A stretch of 64,000 nt of DNA from Macrostomum lignano (taxonomy: Eukaryota). Positions 1 to 13,655 of the stretch are shown piece by piece (the first letter of the stretch is position 1; the number at the start of each line of letters is the position of its first letter). Below the pieces are notes generated by a model, which ran no database searches, was not told where the DNA came from, and saw only the letters and a program-made list of their open reading frames with translations. Both the position numbers and the translations under genes were made by a program. The stretch lies in the NCBI GenBank assembly GCA_002269645.1, contig NIVC01002601.1:93950-157949 (forward strand), written 5' to 3'.

Positions 1-620
1 CAGAATGCTGATCCCTATTCCCAGAATGCTGATCCCTATTCCCATAATTCTGATCCCCATTCCCATAATCCTGATCCCCATTCCCATAATGCTGATCCCT
101 ATTCCCATAATGCTGATCCCTATTCCCAGAATGCTGATCCCTATTCCCATAATGCTGATCCCCATTCCCATAATGCTGATCCCTATTCCCAGAATGCTGA
201 TTCCTATTCACAATGCTGATCCCTATACCTATAATGCTGATCCCTATACCTATAATGCTGATCCCTATTCCCATAATGCTGATCCCTATTCCCAGAATGC
301 TGATCCCTATTCCCAGAATGCTGATCCCTATTCCCATAATCTTGATCCCTATTCCCATATTGATGATCCCTATTCCCAAAATCCTGATCCCTTTTCCCAG
401 AATGCTGATCCCTATACCTATAATGCTGATCCCTATTCCCATAATGCTGATCCCTATTCCCAGAATGCTGATCCCTATTCCCAGAATGCTGATCCCTATT
501 CCCATAATCTTGATCCCTATTCCCATATTGATGATCCCTATTCCCAAAATCCTGATCCCTTTTCCCAGAATGCTGATCCCTATTTGCATAATCCTGATCA
601 CTGTTCCAATATTCCAATCT
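1..620. repeat. 21-bp minisatellite (AATGCTGATCCCTATTCCCAG/CAT)
   Basis: About 29 tandem, slightly diverged units; runs off the window start; explains ORFs 5-622, 204-644 and 213-701. Confidence 0.95.
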
Positions 621-1324
621 AAGATCCCATATTCCTGGCATCATCTTCCAGAATTCCTATCTACCTCTCCCACGATTCTAATTATCACGATTATTTCTTA
701 AAATTCCAGTCTTAGAATATTTATTCAGAAACTGACCTACATCATGTTTCGGCAGTCCTACTGTTAGTAGCAAAGAATGCACTGACTGTTTTATCTGCAC
801 ATATCTATTTTATAAACTTCTCTCTGGAATCTCAACACTTTCTAGTCTAGACTACGATCAATTTAGTCTCCCAATTTTTTCAGTAAATCCTAAAACGGTG
901 CCTTTGTTTAGCTAGAATCATTCTGAGTTGATTAATTTATTTCAGATGTTAACTGGATAAGGATTGTAATATATTCGGTAAATATCTCTGTTTAGCTTAT
1001 CCGCCTGGAAAATACAAGCTTATTATATTGTGTCATTTCGCACTTAATCTTGCTGGCGTGCCCGTTTAGTCCCAGTACACTTTCTGGTTTTGTTGAAAAT
1101 CTGTTTGAGAGGCTGGTTTTGTACGCTATTTTATTATTTTATTTAAAATTTTACCAAAGAGATGCACATGCATAGATATGCGCTAGTTGCTACTTACAAT
1201 ATTAATTGTAAGTACAATATGTTTCATTTTATGTGCAATAGAGGGACCTGATGCTTAAAGTATTATGAAAAGTTTTCTTTTTACACAGGCTAGAATAAAA
1301 TTTCGGCAGGTAGCTGCAAAGATA

Positions 1325-2545
1325 AGAATGGCAGATAACAGGGGTAGATAAGAGCAAATAGCAGGGGTTGATAAGGGCGGATAACCGGGGTTGATAAGGG
1401 CAGATAACAGGGGTAGATAACGGCAGATAGCAGAAGTTGATAAGGGCAGATGACAGGGGTAGATAAGAGCAAATAGCAGGGGTTGATAAGGGCGGATAAC
1501 CGGGGTTGATAAGGGCAGATAACAGGGGTAGATAACGGCAGATAGCAGAAGTTGATAAGGGCAGATGACAGGGGTAGATAAGAGCAAATAGCAGGGGTTG
1601 ATAAGGGCGGATAACCGGGGTTGATAAGGGCAGATAACAGGGGTAGATAACGGCAGATAGCAGAAGTTGATAAGGGCAGATGACAGGGGTAGATACATGT
1701 AATGGCAGATTGCAGGGGTTGAAAAGGGCAGATAGCAGGGGTTGATAAGGGCGGATGACAGGGGTAGATACATGTAAGGACAGATTGCAGGGTTCATAAG
1801 GGCAGATATCAAGGGTTGATAAGGGTAGATTGCAGAGGTTGATAAGGGCAGATAGCAGAGGCAGATAAGGGCAGATATCAGGGGTAGATAAAGGTAGATA
1901 GCAGGGGTAGATAAGGGCAGATATCAAGGGTTGATAAGGGCGGATGACAGGGGTAGATAAATGTAAGGACAGATTGCAGGGTTTACATGTATAAGGGCAG
2001 ATAGCAGGGGTGGTTGATAAGGGCAGATATCAAGGGTTGATAAGGGTAGATTGCAGAGGTTGATAAGGGCAGATAGCAGAGGCAGATAAGAGCAGATATC
2101 AGGGGTAGATAAAGGTAGATAGCAGGGGTAGATAAAGGCAGATAGCAGGGGTAGATAAAGGCAGATAGCAAGGGTAGATAAAGGCAGATAGCAGGGGCAG
2201 ATATAGGCAGATAGCAGGGGTAGATAAAGGCAGATAGCAGGGGTAGATAAAGGCAGATAGCAGGGGTAGATATAGGCAGATAGCAGGGGTAGATAAAGGC
2301 AGATAGCAGGGGTAGATATAGGCAGATAGCAGGGGTAGATAAAGGCAGATAGCAGGGGTAGATAAAGGCAGATAGCAGGGTAGATAAAGGCAGATAGCAG
2401 GGGTAGATAAAGGCAGATAGCAGGGTAGATAAAGGCAGATAGCAGGGGTAGATAAAGGCAGATAGCAGGGTAGATAAAGGCAGATAGCAGGGGTAGATAA
2501 AGGCAGATAGCAGGGTAGATAAAGGCAGATAGCAGGGGTAGATGC
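1325..2545. repeat. ~23-bp minisatellite (GCAGATAGCAGGGGTAGATAAAG) with variants
   Basis: Period 23 verified (TAGATAAAG at 2221 and 2244); the left half is more diverged. Confidence 0.93.
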
Positions 2546-2999
2546 ATGCAGCAAGAGGCGTGGATACAAAACAGGCAGCAGGGAGAGGATAGTGAAGGCC
2601 AAACAACCCAGGAACAGACAGGGATGTTGCGGATCAGTTAGCTGCGGTGGCACAAATCTCATGAGAGTGTTTTCGTCACTTGCAGAAATCTGATCTGTTA
2701 TTCATTTATTTAATCCAGCTAACAGCACGTCCTCTCCGAATTGATTAGCAGATTTTGTCAGCGGTTGCTATGGGGTGGAATTTTTGCGAATCACGCAGTT
2801 CACTACCCGAGTCAGGTTACCCCACTAATTAATTAGTAGACAAAAATTGTCACTTTGAGAAATCCCGGAAGCATGCCGGCTTGTCGTCAAGATTAGGAAA
2901 TTTGTTTGAAAAGTATATTGAAATATGCGAGACGTTGCTACTTGAATGGTGGCGCCTGAGGTCGTAATTGATTTCATGAGTTCGTACGGTAAGTTCATG

Positions 3000-3677
3000 A
3001 ATGAGTGATTTATTGATTAAGTGAGGGAATGAATGAGGGAGTAAGTGTGAGTGTGAGTGTGAGTGTGTGTGTGTGTGAGTGATTGATTGATTGATTGATT
3101 GATTGAGTGAATGAATGAGTGAGTGAATGAATGAGTGAGTGAGTGAGTGAGTGAGTGAGTGAGTGAGTGAGTGAGTGAGTGTGTGTGTGTGTGTGTGTGT
3201 GTGAGTGATTGATTGATTGATTGAATGAATGAGTGAGTGAGTGAGTGAGTGAGTGAGTGAGTGAGTGAGTGAGTGAGTGAGTGAGTGAGTGAGAGTGTGA
3301 GTGAGTGAGAGTGTGAGTGAGTGAGAGTGTGATTGAGTGAGAGTGTGAGTGAGTGAGAGTGTGATTGAGTGAGAGTGTGAGTGAGTGAGTGAGTGAGTGA
3401 GTGAGTGAGTGAGTGAGTGAGTGAGTGAGAGTGTGAGTGAGTGAGAGTGTGAGTGAGTGAGAGTGTGAGTGAGTGAGAGTGTGAGTGAGTGAGAGTGTGA
3501 GTGAGTGAGAGTGTGAGTGAGTGAGTGAGTGAGTGAGAGTGTGAGTGAGTGAGAGTGTGAGTGAGTGAGAGTGTGAGTGAGTGAGAGTGTGATTGAGTGA
3601 GAGTGTGAGTGAGTGAGAGTGTGATTGAGTGAGAGTGTGAGTGAGTGAGAGTGTGAGTGAGTGAGTGAGTGAGTGAA
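3000..3677. repeat. Compound microsatellite (GAGT)n/(GATT)n/(GT)n
   Basis: Direct reading of the sequence. Confidence 0.95.
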
Positions 3678-4351
3678 TGGTATGCAATTCGAACCACCTG
3701 TTGAATCAGCAGGCGTGACTGCCAGAAGCGATGAAGTGAGTTTGCACTGCACTTTATTGGTACTACATGCAGGTATAAAAGGCCGTCAGACGGGCTTCTA
3801 GAATTTAATGGCGCACCAATTTAGACAGTATTGAATTTTATCAATTGATTTTAGCCGTCACGAGGAAGTGGAGCGGCTGCTGTGTTGCCTGGCAGGCGGG
3901 GGCAGAGCAGAAAACATCGCGTGCAGCTATGGGACTCAGGGGCAGTCAGAGGTTTTTTCTTGTTTTCTTATTTTCGGCTCGCTCACCGTCAACATTGTGA
4001 GCAGTGAAAATTCACCAGCTCACACAACTATCGGGTAGAGACATTCCTGCGGCAGAATTGATAATAATGATTGACAGGCAGGATGAGGCAGGGGGATGCT
4101 GGACTAGCCATCAATTTCCGCTCGACTGTGGGATCAACAGCCTCGCTCCCTGGCACCCCCCAGACCGGAGGCGCCACGGAAAGGGGAAGGATGAATTTGG
4201 AATCTTAGGGGAAATTTGGTCAAGCAAGCTCAAGCAGGGCAGCCAGTCGTCAGTCTGCTCAGTTGCCGTCTGACTGATCCAGTCTCCGTTGTTCTGTGCA
4301 CTCCTTTATGTGTGCCTCAATGTGCCAGCATTTTTGTTTGATTTTGCACCT

Positions 4352-5290
4352 CACCTCTCCTCTGCTCTCTCCTCTCCTCTCCTCTCTTCTCATGTCATCT
4401 CATCTCTCCTCTCATCTCTCCTCTCCTCTCCTCTCTCTTCTCTCTTCTCCTTTCTCCTCTCTCTCCTCTCCTCTCTTCTATCCTCTCATCTAATCTCATC
4501 TCTCCTCTACTATTCTCTCTCCTCTCCTCTCTCATCTCCTCTCCTCTCATCTCATCTCATCTCATCTCTCCTCTCTCTCCTCTCCTCTCCTCTCTTCTCC
4601 TCTCCTCTCTCCTTTCCTCTCCTCTCCTCTCATGTCATCTCATCTCTCCTCTCCTCTCATCTCTCCTCTCCTCTCTCTTCTCTCTTCTCCTCTCTCCTCT
4701 CTCTCTCCTCTCCTCTCTTCTATCCTCTCATCTCATCTCATCTCTCCTCTACTATTCTCTCTCCTCTCCTCTCTCATCTCCTCTCCTCTCATCTCATCTC
4801 ATCTCATCTCTCCTCTCTCTCCTCTCCTCTCCTCTCTTCTCCTCTCCTCTCTCCTTTCCTCTCCTCTCCTCTCATGTCATCTCATCTCTCCTCTCCTCTC
4901 ATCTCTCCTCTCCTCTCTCTTCTCTCTTCTCCTCTCTCCTCTCTCTCTCCTCTCCTCTCTTCTATCCTCTCATCTCATCTCATCTCTCCTCTACTATTCT
5001 CTCTCCTCTCCTCTCATCTCATCTCATCTTGTCTCTCCTCTCTCTCCTCTCCTCTCCTCTCTTCTCCTCTCCTCTCTCTTCTCCCCTCCTCGCTCCTCTT
5101 CTCTCTCCTTTCTTCTGTTTCCTCTCCCCTCTCCTCTCTCCCCTCTCTCCTCTTCTTTCTCTTCTCTCCATTATTCTTTATTTCGTCATCTTTACTCGCT
5201 TTTCTCCTATCTTCTCTCTCCCATTTTTTCTCTCTCTCCTCTACTCTCTCCTCTCTCCTCTCTATTTCTGCTATTTCTATTTTCTCTATT
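4352..5290. repeat. CT-rich low-complexity tract (CTCCT/CTCAT)n with internal block duplications
   Basis: Almost pure pyrimidine strand with repeated blocks; source of the Leu/Ser ORFs. Confidence 0.92.
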
Positions 5291-5619
5291 TTTTATTCTA
5301 GAACTATGTTTGCAACAAAACATGCAGATTTCATGACTGGCTTCCATGCTCAGCTATCGCACTCATTTGCAACTGGAATACCTAAGCTAGAGTGCGTGCC
5401 AGCCTAATCCAGGGTTCACTCTATATCTACGAGAAATAAAACACTTCCTCTTTTAACTGATTCAAGACTGGCGGAGTTGGAATTTCTTATTCGAGGACTC
5501 TTATTTACAGAGAGAGGCCCGGAACTCTGCATCCAGGTGTGCCGACTGTAACTGTCTGAGATTTCGGGACTTTGCAAGTCACGAAAACGGAAATACATCT
5601 AGCTCGTGGTGTGATGGTG

Positions 5620-5988
5620 GATCTTCACCCACGTCTCACCTCTGCCCTACACCCACGTCTCACCTCTGCCCTACACCCACGTCTCACCTCTGCCCTACAC
5701 CCACGTCTCACCTCTGCCCTTCACCCACGTCTCACCTCTGCCCTACACCCACGTCTCACCTCTGCCCTACACCCACGTCTCACCTCTGCCCTTCACCCAC
5801 GTCTCACCTCTGCCCTACACCCACGTCTCACCTCTGCCCTACACCCACGTCTCACCTCTGCCCTTCACCCACGTCTCACCTCTGCCCTACACCCACGTCT
5901 CACCTCTGCCCTTCACCCACGTCTCACCTCTGCCCTTCACCCACGTCTCACCTCTGCCCTACACCCACGTCTCACCTCTGCCCTTCAC
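5620..5988. repeat. 24-bp minisatellite (CACCCACGTCTCACCTCTGCCCT(A/T))
   Basis: About 15 near-perfect units; a partial unit resumes at 6982-6999 after an insertion. Confidence 0.95.
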
Positions 5989-6981
5989 TAAGGACGTCGC
6001 CACCGCCCATCTTTGTGACCCGTTATGGAAATCAATATTTTTGCTTCCCAGGGCGACAAAATATATAGTGCCTACGGCGCTAAAATGAGTGCCTACGGCG
6101 CTAAAATGAGTGTCTACGGCGCTAAAATGAGTGCCTACGGCGCTAAAATGAGTGTCTACGGCGCTAAAATGAGTGCCTACGGCGCTAAAATGAGTGTCTA
6201 CGGCGCTAAAATGAGTGCCTACGGCGCTAAAATGAGTGTCTACGGCGCTAAAATGAGTGCCTACGGCGCTAAAATGAGTGCCTACGGCGCTAAAATGAGT
6301 GTCTACGGCGCTAAAATGAGTGCCTACGGCGCTAAAATGAGTGCCTGCGGCGCTAAAATGAGTGCCTACGGCGCTAAAATGAGTGCCTACGGCGCTAAAA
6401 TGAGTGCCTACGGCGCTAAAATGAGTGCCTGCGGCGCTAAAATGAGTGCCTACGGCGCTAAAATGAGTGCCTGCGGCGCTAAAATGAGTATCTGCGGCGC
6501 TAAAATGAGTGCCTACGGCGCTAAAATGAGTGCCTACGGCGCTAAAATGAGTGCCTGCGGCGCTAAAATGAGTGCCTACGGCGCTAAAATGAGTGCCTGC
6601 GGCGCTAAAATGAGTGCCTGCGGCGCTAAAATGAGTGCCTACGGCGCTAAAATGAGTGCCTGCGGCGCTAAAATAAGTGCCTGCGGCGCTAAAATGAGTG
6701 CTTGCGGCGCTAAAATGAGTGCCTGCGGCGCTAAAATGAGTGCCTGGGGCGCTAAAATGAGTGCCTACGGCGCTAAAATGAGTGCCTGCGGCGCTAAAAT
6801 GAGTGCCTGTAGCGCTAAAATGAGTGTCTGCGGCGCTAAAATGAGTGCCAGTAGCGCTACAATGAGCGCTGACAACCTCGATTCTGAAAATAATGTGCAT
6901 GTAGGAATTTCAAGTCATGTACATGTAGAATTTTTGGCTTTGTACCCCCCCCCTATCATAGAATCCATGGCGACGCCCCTG
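5989..6981. mobile_element. hAT-like MITE carrying an internal 21-bp minisatellite
   Basis: Imperfect 14-bp TIRs TAAGGACGTCGCCA ... TGGCGACGCCCCTG; 8-bp TSD CCCTTCAC (5981-5988) / CCTTTCAC (6982-6989); the host 24-bp array resumes after it. Confidence 0.75.
6067..6865. repeat. 21-bp minisatellite (GTGCCTACGGCGCTAAAATGA)
   Basis: About 38 units; produces the (SAYGAKM)n ORF. Confidence 0.96.
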
Positions 6982-7359
6982 CCTTTCACCCACGTCTCAG
7001 ACGTCTTTTTCATCAACTTCATCCCCTGTTGTGTATCATGCTGGAGCAGAAAATCATTTTCTTCTTGCAGCTGCTCTCCTTCGATAAAGCTCGAGTCAAC
7101 GTCGCAGCGCAGAGAGAAAGTCTTGGGAATTTTTATTGGTGGATAATAAAATAGAAAAAATTAGCAGTATTGGGGATCTCTTGCTGAGGCCTCTAAATTC
7201 TCCAGTTTGCCATAAAATAATATAATAAATTCTAATTTTTATCGCAATTATGACTGCCATAATTGCTCTCAAATGTTCTTTTCTCAAAGTTTTATGCACT
7301 CGTAGTTTATCCATGGCTACAAATGCTGTGCTGCTCAGGACTGCTCAAAAGTTAAGGAA

Positions 7360-8100
7360 AAGATGAGACGTGAGACTGAGGCTGAGATGAGACATGAGAC
7401 TGAGATTAGATATGAGACTAAGATGAGACATGAGACTGAGATGAGATATGAGACTGAGGCTGAGATGAGACATGAGACTTGAGACATGAGACTGAGATTT
7501 GATATTAGATATGAGACTGAGATGAGACATGAGACTGAGATGAGATATGAGACTGAGGCTGAGATGAGACATGAGACTTGAGACATGAGACTGAGATTTG
7601 ATATTAGATATGAGACTGAGATGAGACATGAGACTCAGATGAGATAATAGACATGAGACTCAGATGAGATAATAAACATGAGACTCAGATGAGATAATAG
7701 ACATGAGACTCAGATGAGATAATAGACATGAGACTCAGATGAGATAATAAACATGAGACTCAGATGAGATAATAGACATGAGACTCAGATGAGATAATAG
7801 ACATGAGACTCAGATGAGATAATAGACATGAGACTCAGATGAGATAATAGACATGAGACTCAGATGAGATAATAGACATGAGACTCAGATGAGATAATAG
7901 ACATGAGACTCAGATGAGATAATAGACATGAGACTCAGATGAGATAATAGACATGAGACTCAGATGAGATAATAGACATGAGACTCAGATGAGATATAGA
8001 CATGAGACTCAGATGAGATAATAAATATGAGACTCAGATGAGATAATAAATATGAGACTCTGATGAGATAATAGACATGAGGCTGAGATGAGACATGACA
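7360..8100. repeat. ATGAGAC-based minisatellite grading into a 25-bp unit (AGACATGAGACTCAGATGAGATAAT)
   Basis: Period 25 verified at 7801/7826. Confidence 0.93.
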
Positions 8101-8774
8101 GATCAGTGAGTGGTCTCAGTCGCCCACTTCATTTAAAGAGATTCAATCCCAGCAGATGAGCGAGTGCTGTTTAGAAGAGCTGGTTCACTTTGGTTCAGCG
8201 GCGGGATTGCTGTGAAACTACAATGCTAGCCTAACAAGCAGAGATATTTAGTATTCAAAATTCATGTATAGATAGATAGAGATATAAATCTATACATTCC
8301 ATATATAGCTCGGTTCTGGGGGGGGGGGGGCTGAGGGTCGGTTCGACAAATTCGAGTTTCGCATGCCTGCTGGACTCGAAGTCATTAATAATGAAGGGGC
8401 TGCTGAATGAGACAGGAGGTTTACTGTGAGTTGCTCCTCAGCTGCCTAAAGCCCCTAAACCACCCTAGAAAACCAAGCAATTCAGGCCTTCGGGAACTAA
8501 GCGGAAAAGTACATTTTTTCTTGGAAACCTTCCCAGAATTTTCGCACCCGCAAATCTGCGTTTAATCGATAGCTGCCGCTCTGTCTGTGAGGTCTCAGAC
8601 CAACTTCTAAATAAATTGAAAATGAACTGCGATCATAGCAGCTGCTCTGAGGTTTCCTAATTTATTTCTCAGCTGCCAAATCTTATTGCCCTGATCCTAA
8701 TAGAAGAACTTTTTCGTCGAAATGCAGTAATGAATTTTAATGTACGAGTTTCCATAGTGAATAATTGTTGTCTA

Positions 8775-9170
8775 CTCACGCTTCAGATATGGGCATTCAC
8801 GCTTGAGATAAAGACATTCACGCATTAACGCTTTAGATTAAGGCATTCACACTTAAGATAAAGACATTCACGCTTTAGATCAAGACATTGACACCTACAC
8901 CTAAGATAAAGGCATTCACGCTTAAGATAAATATATTCACGCTTAAAATGTATTCACGCTTTAGATAAAGACATTCACACTTAAGATAAAGTCATTCACA
9001 CTTAAGATAAAGGCATTCACACTTAAGATAAAGGCATTCACACTTAAGATAAAGACATTCACACTTAAGATAAAGACATTCACACCTAGGATAAAGACAT
9101 TCACGCTTTAGATAAAAGTCATCTGCGCTTAAGAAAATACATTCACGATTAAGATAGAGCATTCACACTG
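8775..9170. repeat. Degenerate ~22-bp minisatellite (GCATTCACACTTAAGATAAAG)
   Basis: Recurring ATTCAC(G/A)C-TTAAGATAA units. Confidence 0.85.
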
Positions 9171-9515
9171 AAAATAAAAATAAATGTTGCTTGAAAGCAT
9201 AGAACTGCATACGCTAAATTAACTTCTCAATATTTTCATATCAAGATCATATTTCATTTTCAATTTCAATTTAATTTGATTGAATAACGATCACAGTGGA
9301 TTAACAGAAATTCACCCTCGTTCTCTATCATAATCTGCAGTATAAAACAGACTGGATATTCAAACCAAGCTTCCTTCTGCATAAGTCACGTGATCAAGCA
9401 ACGAACGAGCAGGATCATTGGGGAACTGTTTGTCCTGTTTACAAAATTCTGCTTCCGCACCAAAGAGTCTGGGGTTGCTCTCGCAATCAGTTAAATGAAG
9501 TGTCCTCAGAGTCTG

Positions 9516-9554
<39 letters not shown>

Positions 9555-9984
9555 GGGGCATTTACGGTTCAAAGAAAATGTCTACCGGCAATAGACAGGC
9601 CTTTTATGATTTCATTTATTATTTAATTTATTAATTTAAGTTTTCCTTCCCAGAAGGAAACTTCTGGGAATGTTTCCTTCAAGGAGAGGAAGACTTGGGT
9701 TTGCCGTCGGGCCCTTGTCTGTTGGGATGAGGTGTTCTACGGATGAACTAAAAAATATTGTAACGAGTGTCCACGAACCGAGAGCCTCCAGAATCGAAAG
9801 AAAAAATACATGCAGTCCTATTGCATAGTTTTATGGCTATTTGTACTATATTACATGTATTAATATTATTATATTATTATAAATAGGGCGAGAGAAGACA
9901 GCTGTGTGAGGGTACAATAGACAGTCGAGTGGATTGATACTAGTATGCAGTAGTGCAAAGCCTCTCTACCCGGGCCTTCGGGTC

Positions 9985-10139
9985 CTTTGAAACTTCACAA
10001 TAGCAATCCGGCCCGCTCAAGGTTTGAGGGTTTGTGTCTCTTCTCAGCTCTCTCTCCTCTCCTTTCCTCTCTCACCTGGCGCGCAGGCTTGACTTGGATT
10101 CTTTAGCTGGCCCTTAAGGTAAAAGTTTGCCCACCCCTG
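9985..10139 (-). mobile_element. Short copy of a hAT (MER58/Charlie-like) MITE family
   Basis: Ends AAAGTTTGCCCACCCCTG (reverse complement CAGGGGTGGGCAAACTTT); shares CTTCACAATAGCAATCCGGCCCGCTCA with the copies at about 35.5k and 48.7k, and its CCGGCCCGCTCA end with the copy at 57.1k. Confidence 0.7.
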
Positions 10140-10545
10140 CAGTAGAGTGTCGAGTAGATGGATCGAGTAGATGATCGAGTAGAGTGTCGAGTAGATGATC
10201 GAGTAGAGTGTCGAGTAGATGATTGAGTAGAGTGTCGAGTAGATGATCGAGTAGAGTGTCGAGTAGATGATCGAGTAGAGTGTCGAGTAGATGATCGAGT
10301 AGAGTGTCGAGTAGATGATCGAGTAGAGTGTCGAGTAGATGATCGAGTAGAGTGTCGAGTAGATGATCGAGTAGAGCGTTTAGTAGATGATCGAGTTGAG
10401 CGTTTAGTAGATGATCGAGTAGAGCGTCGAGTAGATGATGAGTAGAGCGTTTAGTAGATGATGAGTAGAGTGTCGAGTAGATGATCGAGTAGAGTTTCGA
10501 GTAGATGATCGAGTAGAGTTTCGAGTAGATGATCGAGTAGAGCAA
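10140..10545. repeat. 24-bp minisatellite (GAGTAGATGATCGAGTAGAGTGTC)
   Basis: About 17 units starting right at the MITE end. Confidence 0.93.
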
Positions 10546-10934
10546 ATGGTATATTCGGTGGTAGTTACTCAAGGTAAGTCATTGTGAGTGAGTGGAGGAG
10601 CGGTGAGCTCTCCTCACCTCGTTTGGCACTCCCAACTGAAGTCAGCTTAGGAGCTAAAGGATGCCTGCCAAAGGGGAGCTGAAAACGGAGAAAGGCTGGT
10701 GCCTGCCATGTGAGCAGGCGAGGTGTCTCGCCAGCACTCGTCGGTGCAACTAATAGACGGAAACGTAGTGTCAAAGTTTGCACTGAGCGTCAGCCGCCAG
10801 CTCAGCTGGAAAAGTCAATTATGCATGACGGAGCTGGAGTGACGAGTTTTCATCGTCTCCATCAAAGAGCCTGAGCCGATCCTGCTCATGTCTTAGAAAA
10901 TAGAGAACGCATGGAATCAAACAGAGGTCACGTG

Positions 10935-12925
10935 CTACACTCTCACTTTCACCCACTAACCATCTGTCACTCTCGCTTTCACCCACTAACCATCTGTCAC
11001 TCTCGCTTTCACCCACTAACCATCTGTCACTCTCGCTTTCACCCAATAACCATCTGTCACTCTCGCTTTCACCCACTAACCATCTGTCACTCTCGCTTTC
11101 ACCCAATAACCATCTGTCACTCTCACTTTCACCCAATAACCATCTGTCACTCTCACTTTCACCCATTAACCATCTGTCACTCTCACTTTCACCCATTAAC
11201 CATCTGTCACTCTCGCTTTCACCCACTAACCATCTGTCACTCTCGCTTTCACCCACTAACCATCTGTCACTCTCGCTTTCACCCACTAACCATCTGTCCC
11301 TCTCGCTTTCACCCAATAACCATCTGTCACTATCACTCACTAACCATCTGTCACTATCACTCACTAACCATCTGTCACTCTCACTCACTAACCATCTGTC
11401 ACTCTCACTCACTAACCATCTTTCACTCTCACTCTCACCCACTAACCATCTTTCACTCTCACTTTCACCCACTAACCATCCGTCACTCTCACTCACTAAC
11501 CATCTGTCACTCTCACCCACTAACCATCTGTCACTCTCACTCACTAACCATCTGTCACTCTCACTCACTAACCATCTGTCACTCTCACCCACTAACCATC
11601 TGTCACTCTCACTCACTAACCATCTGTCACTCTCACTCACTAAACATCTGTCACTCTCACTCACTAACCATCTGTCACTCTCACTCACTAACCATCTTTC
11701 ACTCTCACTCTCACCCACTAACCATCTTTCACTCTCACTTTCACCCACTAACCATCCGTCACTCTCACTCACTAACCATCTGTCACTCTCACCCACTAAC
11801 CATCTGTCACTCTCACTCACTAACCATCCGTCACTCTCACTCACTAACCATCTGTCACTCTCACCCACTAACCATCTGTCACTCTCACTCACTAACCATC
11901 TGTCACTCTCACCCACTAACCATCTGTCACTCTCACTCACTAACCATCTGTCACTCTCACTCACTAAACATCTGTCACTCTCACTCACTAACCATCTGTC
12001 ACTCTCACTCACTAACCATCTGTTACTCTCACTCACTAACCATCTGTCACTCTCACCCACTAACCATCTGTCACTCTCACCCACTAACCATCTGTCACTC
12101 TCGCTCACTAACCATCTGTCACTCTCACTCACTAACCATCTGTCACTCTCACTCACTAACCATCTGTCACTCTCACTCACTAACCAACTCTCACTTTCAC
12201 CCACTAACCATCTTTCACTCTCACTTTCACCCATTAACCATCTGTCACTATCACTTTCCCCCACTAACCATCTGTCACTCTCACTTTCACCCACTAAACA
12301 TTTTTCACTCTCACTTTCACCCACTAACCATCTTTCACTCTCACTTTCACCCATTAACCATCTGTCACTATCACTTTCCCCCACTAACCATCTGTCACTC
12401 TCACTTTCACCCACTAACCATCTTTCACTCTCACTTTCACTCACTAACCATCTGTCACTCTCAGTCACTAACCATCTGTCACTCTCACTCACTAACCATC
12501 TGTCACTCTCACCCACTAACCATCTGTCACTCTCACTCACTAAAAATCTGTCACTGTCACTCACCAACCATCTGTCACTCTTACTCACTAACCATCTGTT
12601 ACTCTCACTCACTAACCATCTGTCACTCTCACTCACTAACCATCTGTCACTCTCACTCACTAACCATCTGTCACTCTCACTCACTAACCATCTGTCACTC
12701 TCACTCACTAACCATCTGTCACTCTCACCCACTAACCATCTGTCACTCTCACTCACTAACCATCTGTCACTCTCACTCACTAACCAACTGTCACTCTCAC
12801 CCACTAACCATCTGTCACTCTCACTCACTAACCATCTGTCACTCTCACTCACTAACCAACTGTCACTCTCACTCACTAACCATCTGTAACTCTCACTCAC
12901 TAACCATCTGTCACTCTCACTACCC
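10935..12925. repeat. 24/30-bp minisatellite (CACTAACCATCTGTCACTCTCACT[TTCACC])
   Basis: About 2 kb of mixed 24- and 30-bp units; source of the 693- and 723-aa pseudo-ORFs. Confidence 0.96.
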
Positions 12926-13384
12926 TAAGTTTTTATCCCCTGCCCCTAGCCAAATAATCCCAATCCCCAGTTTCAAAGCCACGAGCCAGCAAAAGCAGAA
13001 GACAATGCATCCTCTCTGTAAGCCCAGTGCAGGGCCACATCCTTCCTGCAGAAACAGACTTTCCTCATTCATCTTTCCATAGGCACAATTTCCCTTTTAG
13101 TCGGTGCTTCAGCCCATTGTAAAAACGGACCACGCGGTCAGCCTCCGCTTCCTCAAAGCAAGGATCTGGCAGGAAGTGCTCGGGAATTTCTGGCAAAGTT
13201 TTTTATTAAAGAAAAAATTGCTATTAAAGGTTTGAACAGGGACTTCGTCATAGCAACTAGCTCTTTCCTTCTTGGTCTATGGAATTCCGTGCTACAAGAC
13301 TTCAAGAGGAACTTCGAAATCTTCTAAAAATCTTCGATTTTTCTATACCCGAATGACGGTTGAATTACCAGCTAGGAGACAAAG

Positions 13385-13655
13385 CAGTTTTCATTCCGAA
13401 TTCTTGATAATAGCTGTTCATGGTTCAATCCGGTATAGTAGTTTCCATTCCAGAATCTTGAATATAGCTGTCCATGGTTCAATCCGGTATAGTAGTTTCC
13501 ATTCCAGATTCTTGAATATAGCTGTCCATGGTTCAATCCGGTACAGTAGTTTCCATTCCAGATTCTTGAATATAGCTGTCCATGGTTCAATCCGGTACAG
13601 TAGTTTCCATTCCAGATTCTTGAATATAGCTGTCCATGGTTCAATCCGATATACA
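13385..13655. repeat. 54-bp tandem repeat, about 5 copies
   Basis: AATATAGCTGTCCATGG recurs at 13461 and 13515 (period 54). Confidence 0.92.

Noticed and set aside
3770-4290. TATAAAA box and the 89-aa ORF at 4004-4273
   Set aside because: GTG start, no domain, no supporting splice structure.
9360-9572. 70-aa minus-strand ORF downstream of a (GAT)n run with a possible acceptor
   Set aside because: No recognisable domain or partner exon; about 50 open codons can arise by chance.
10819-10895. Strong-looking minus-strand acceptor (TTCTCTATTTTCTAAG) followed by a short ORF
   Set aside because: It encodes only about 25 codons and cannot be linked to any gene; possibly a UTR exon.
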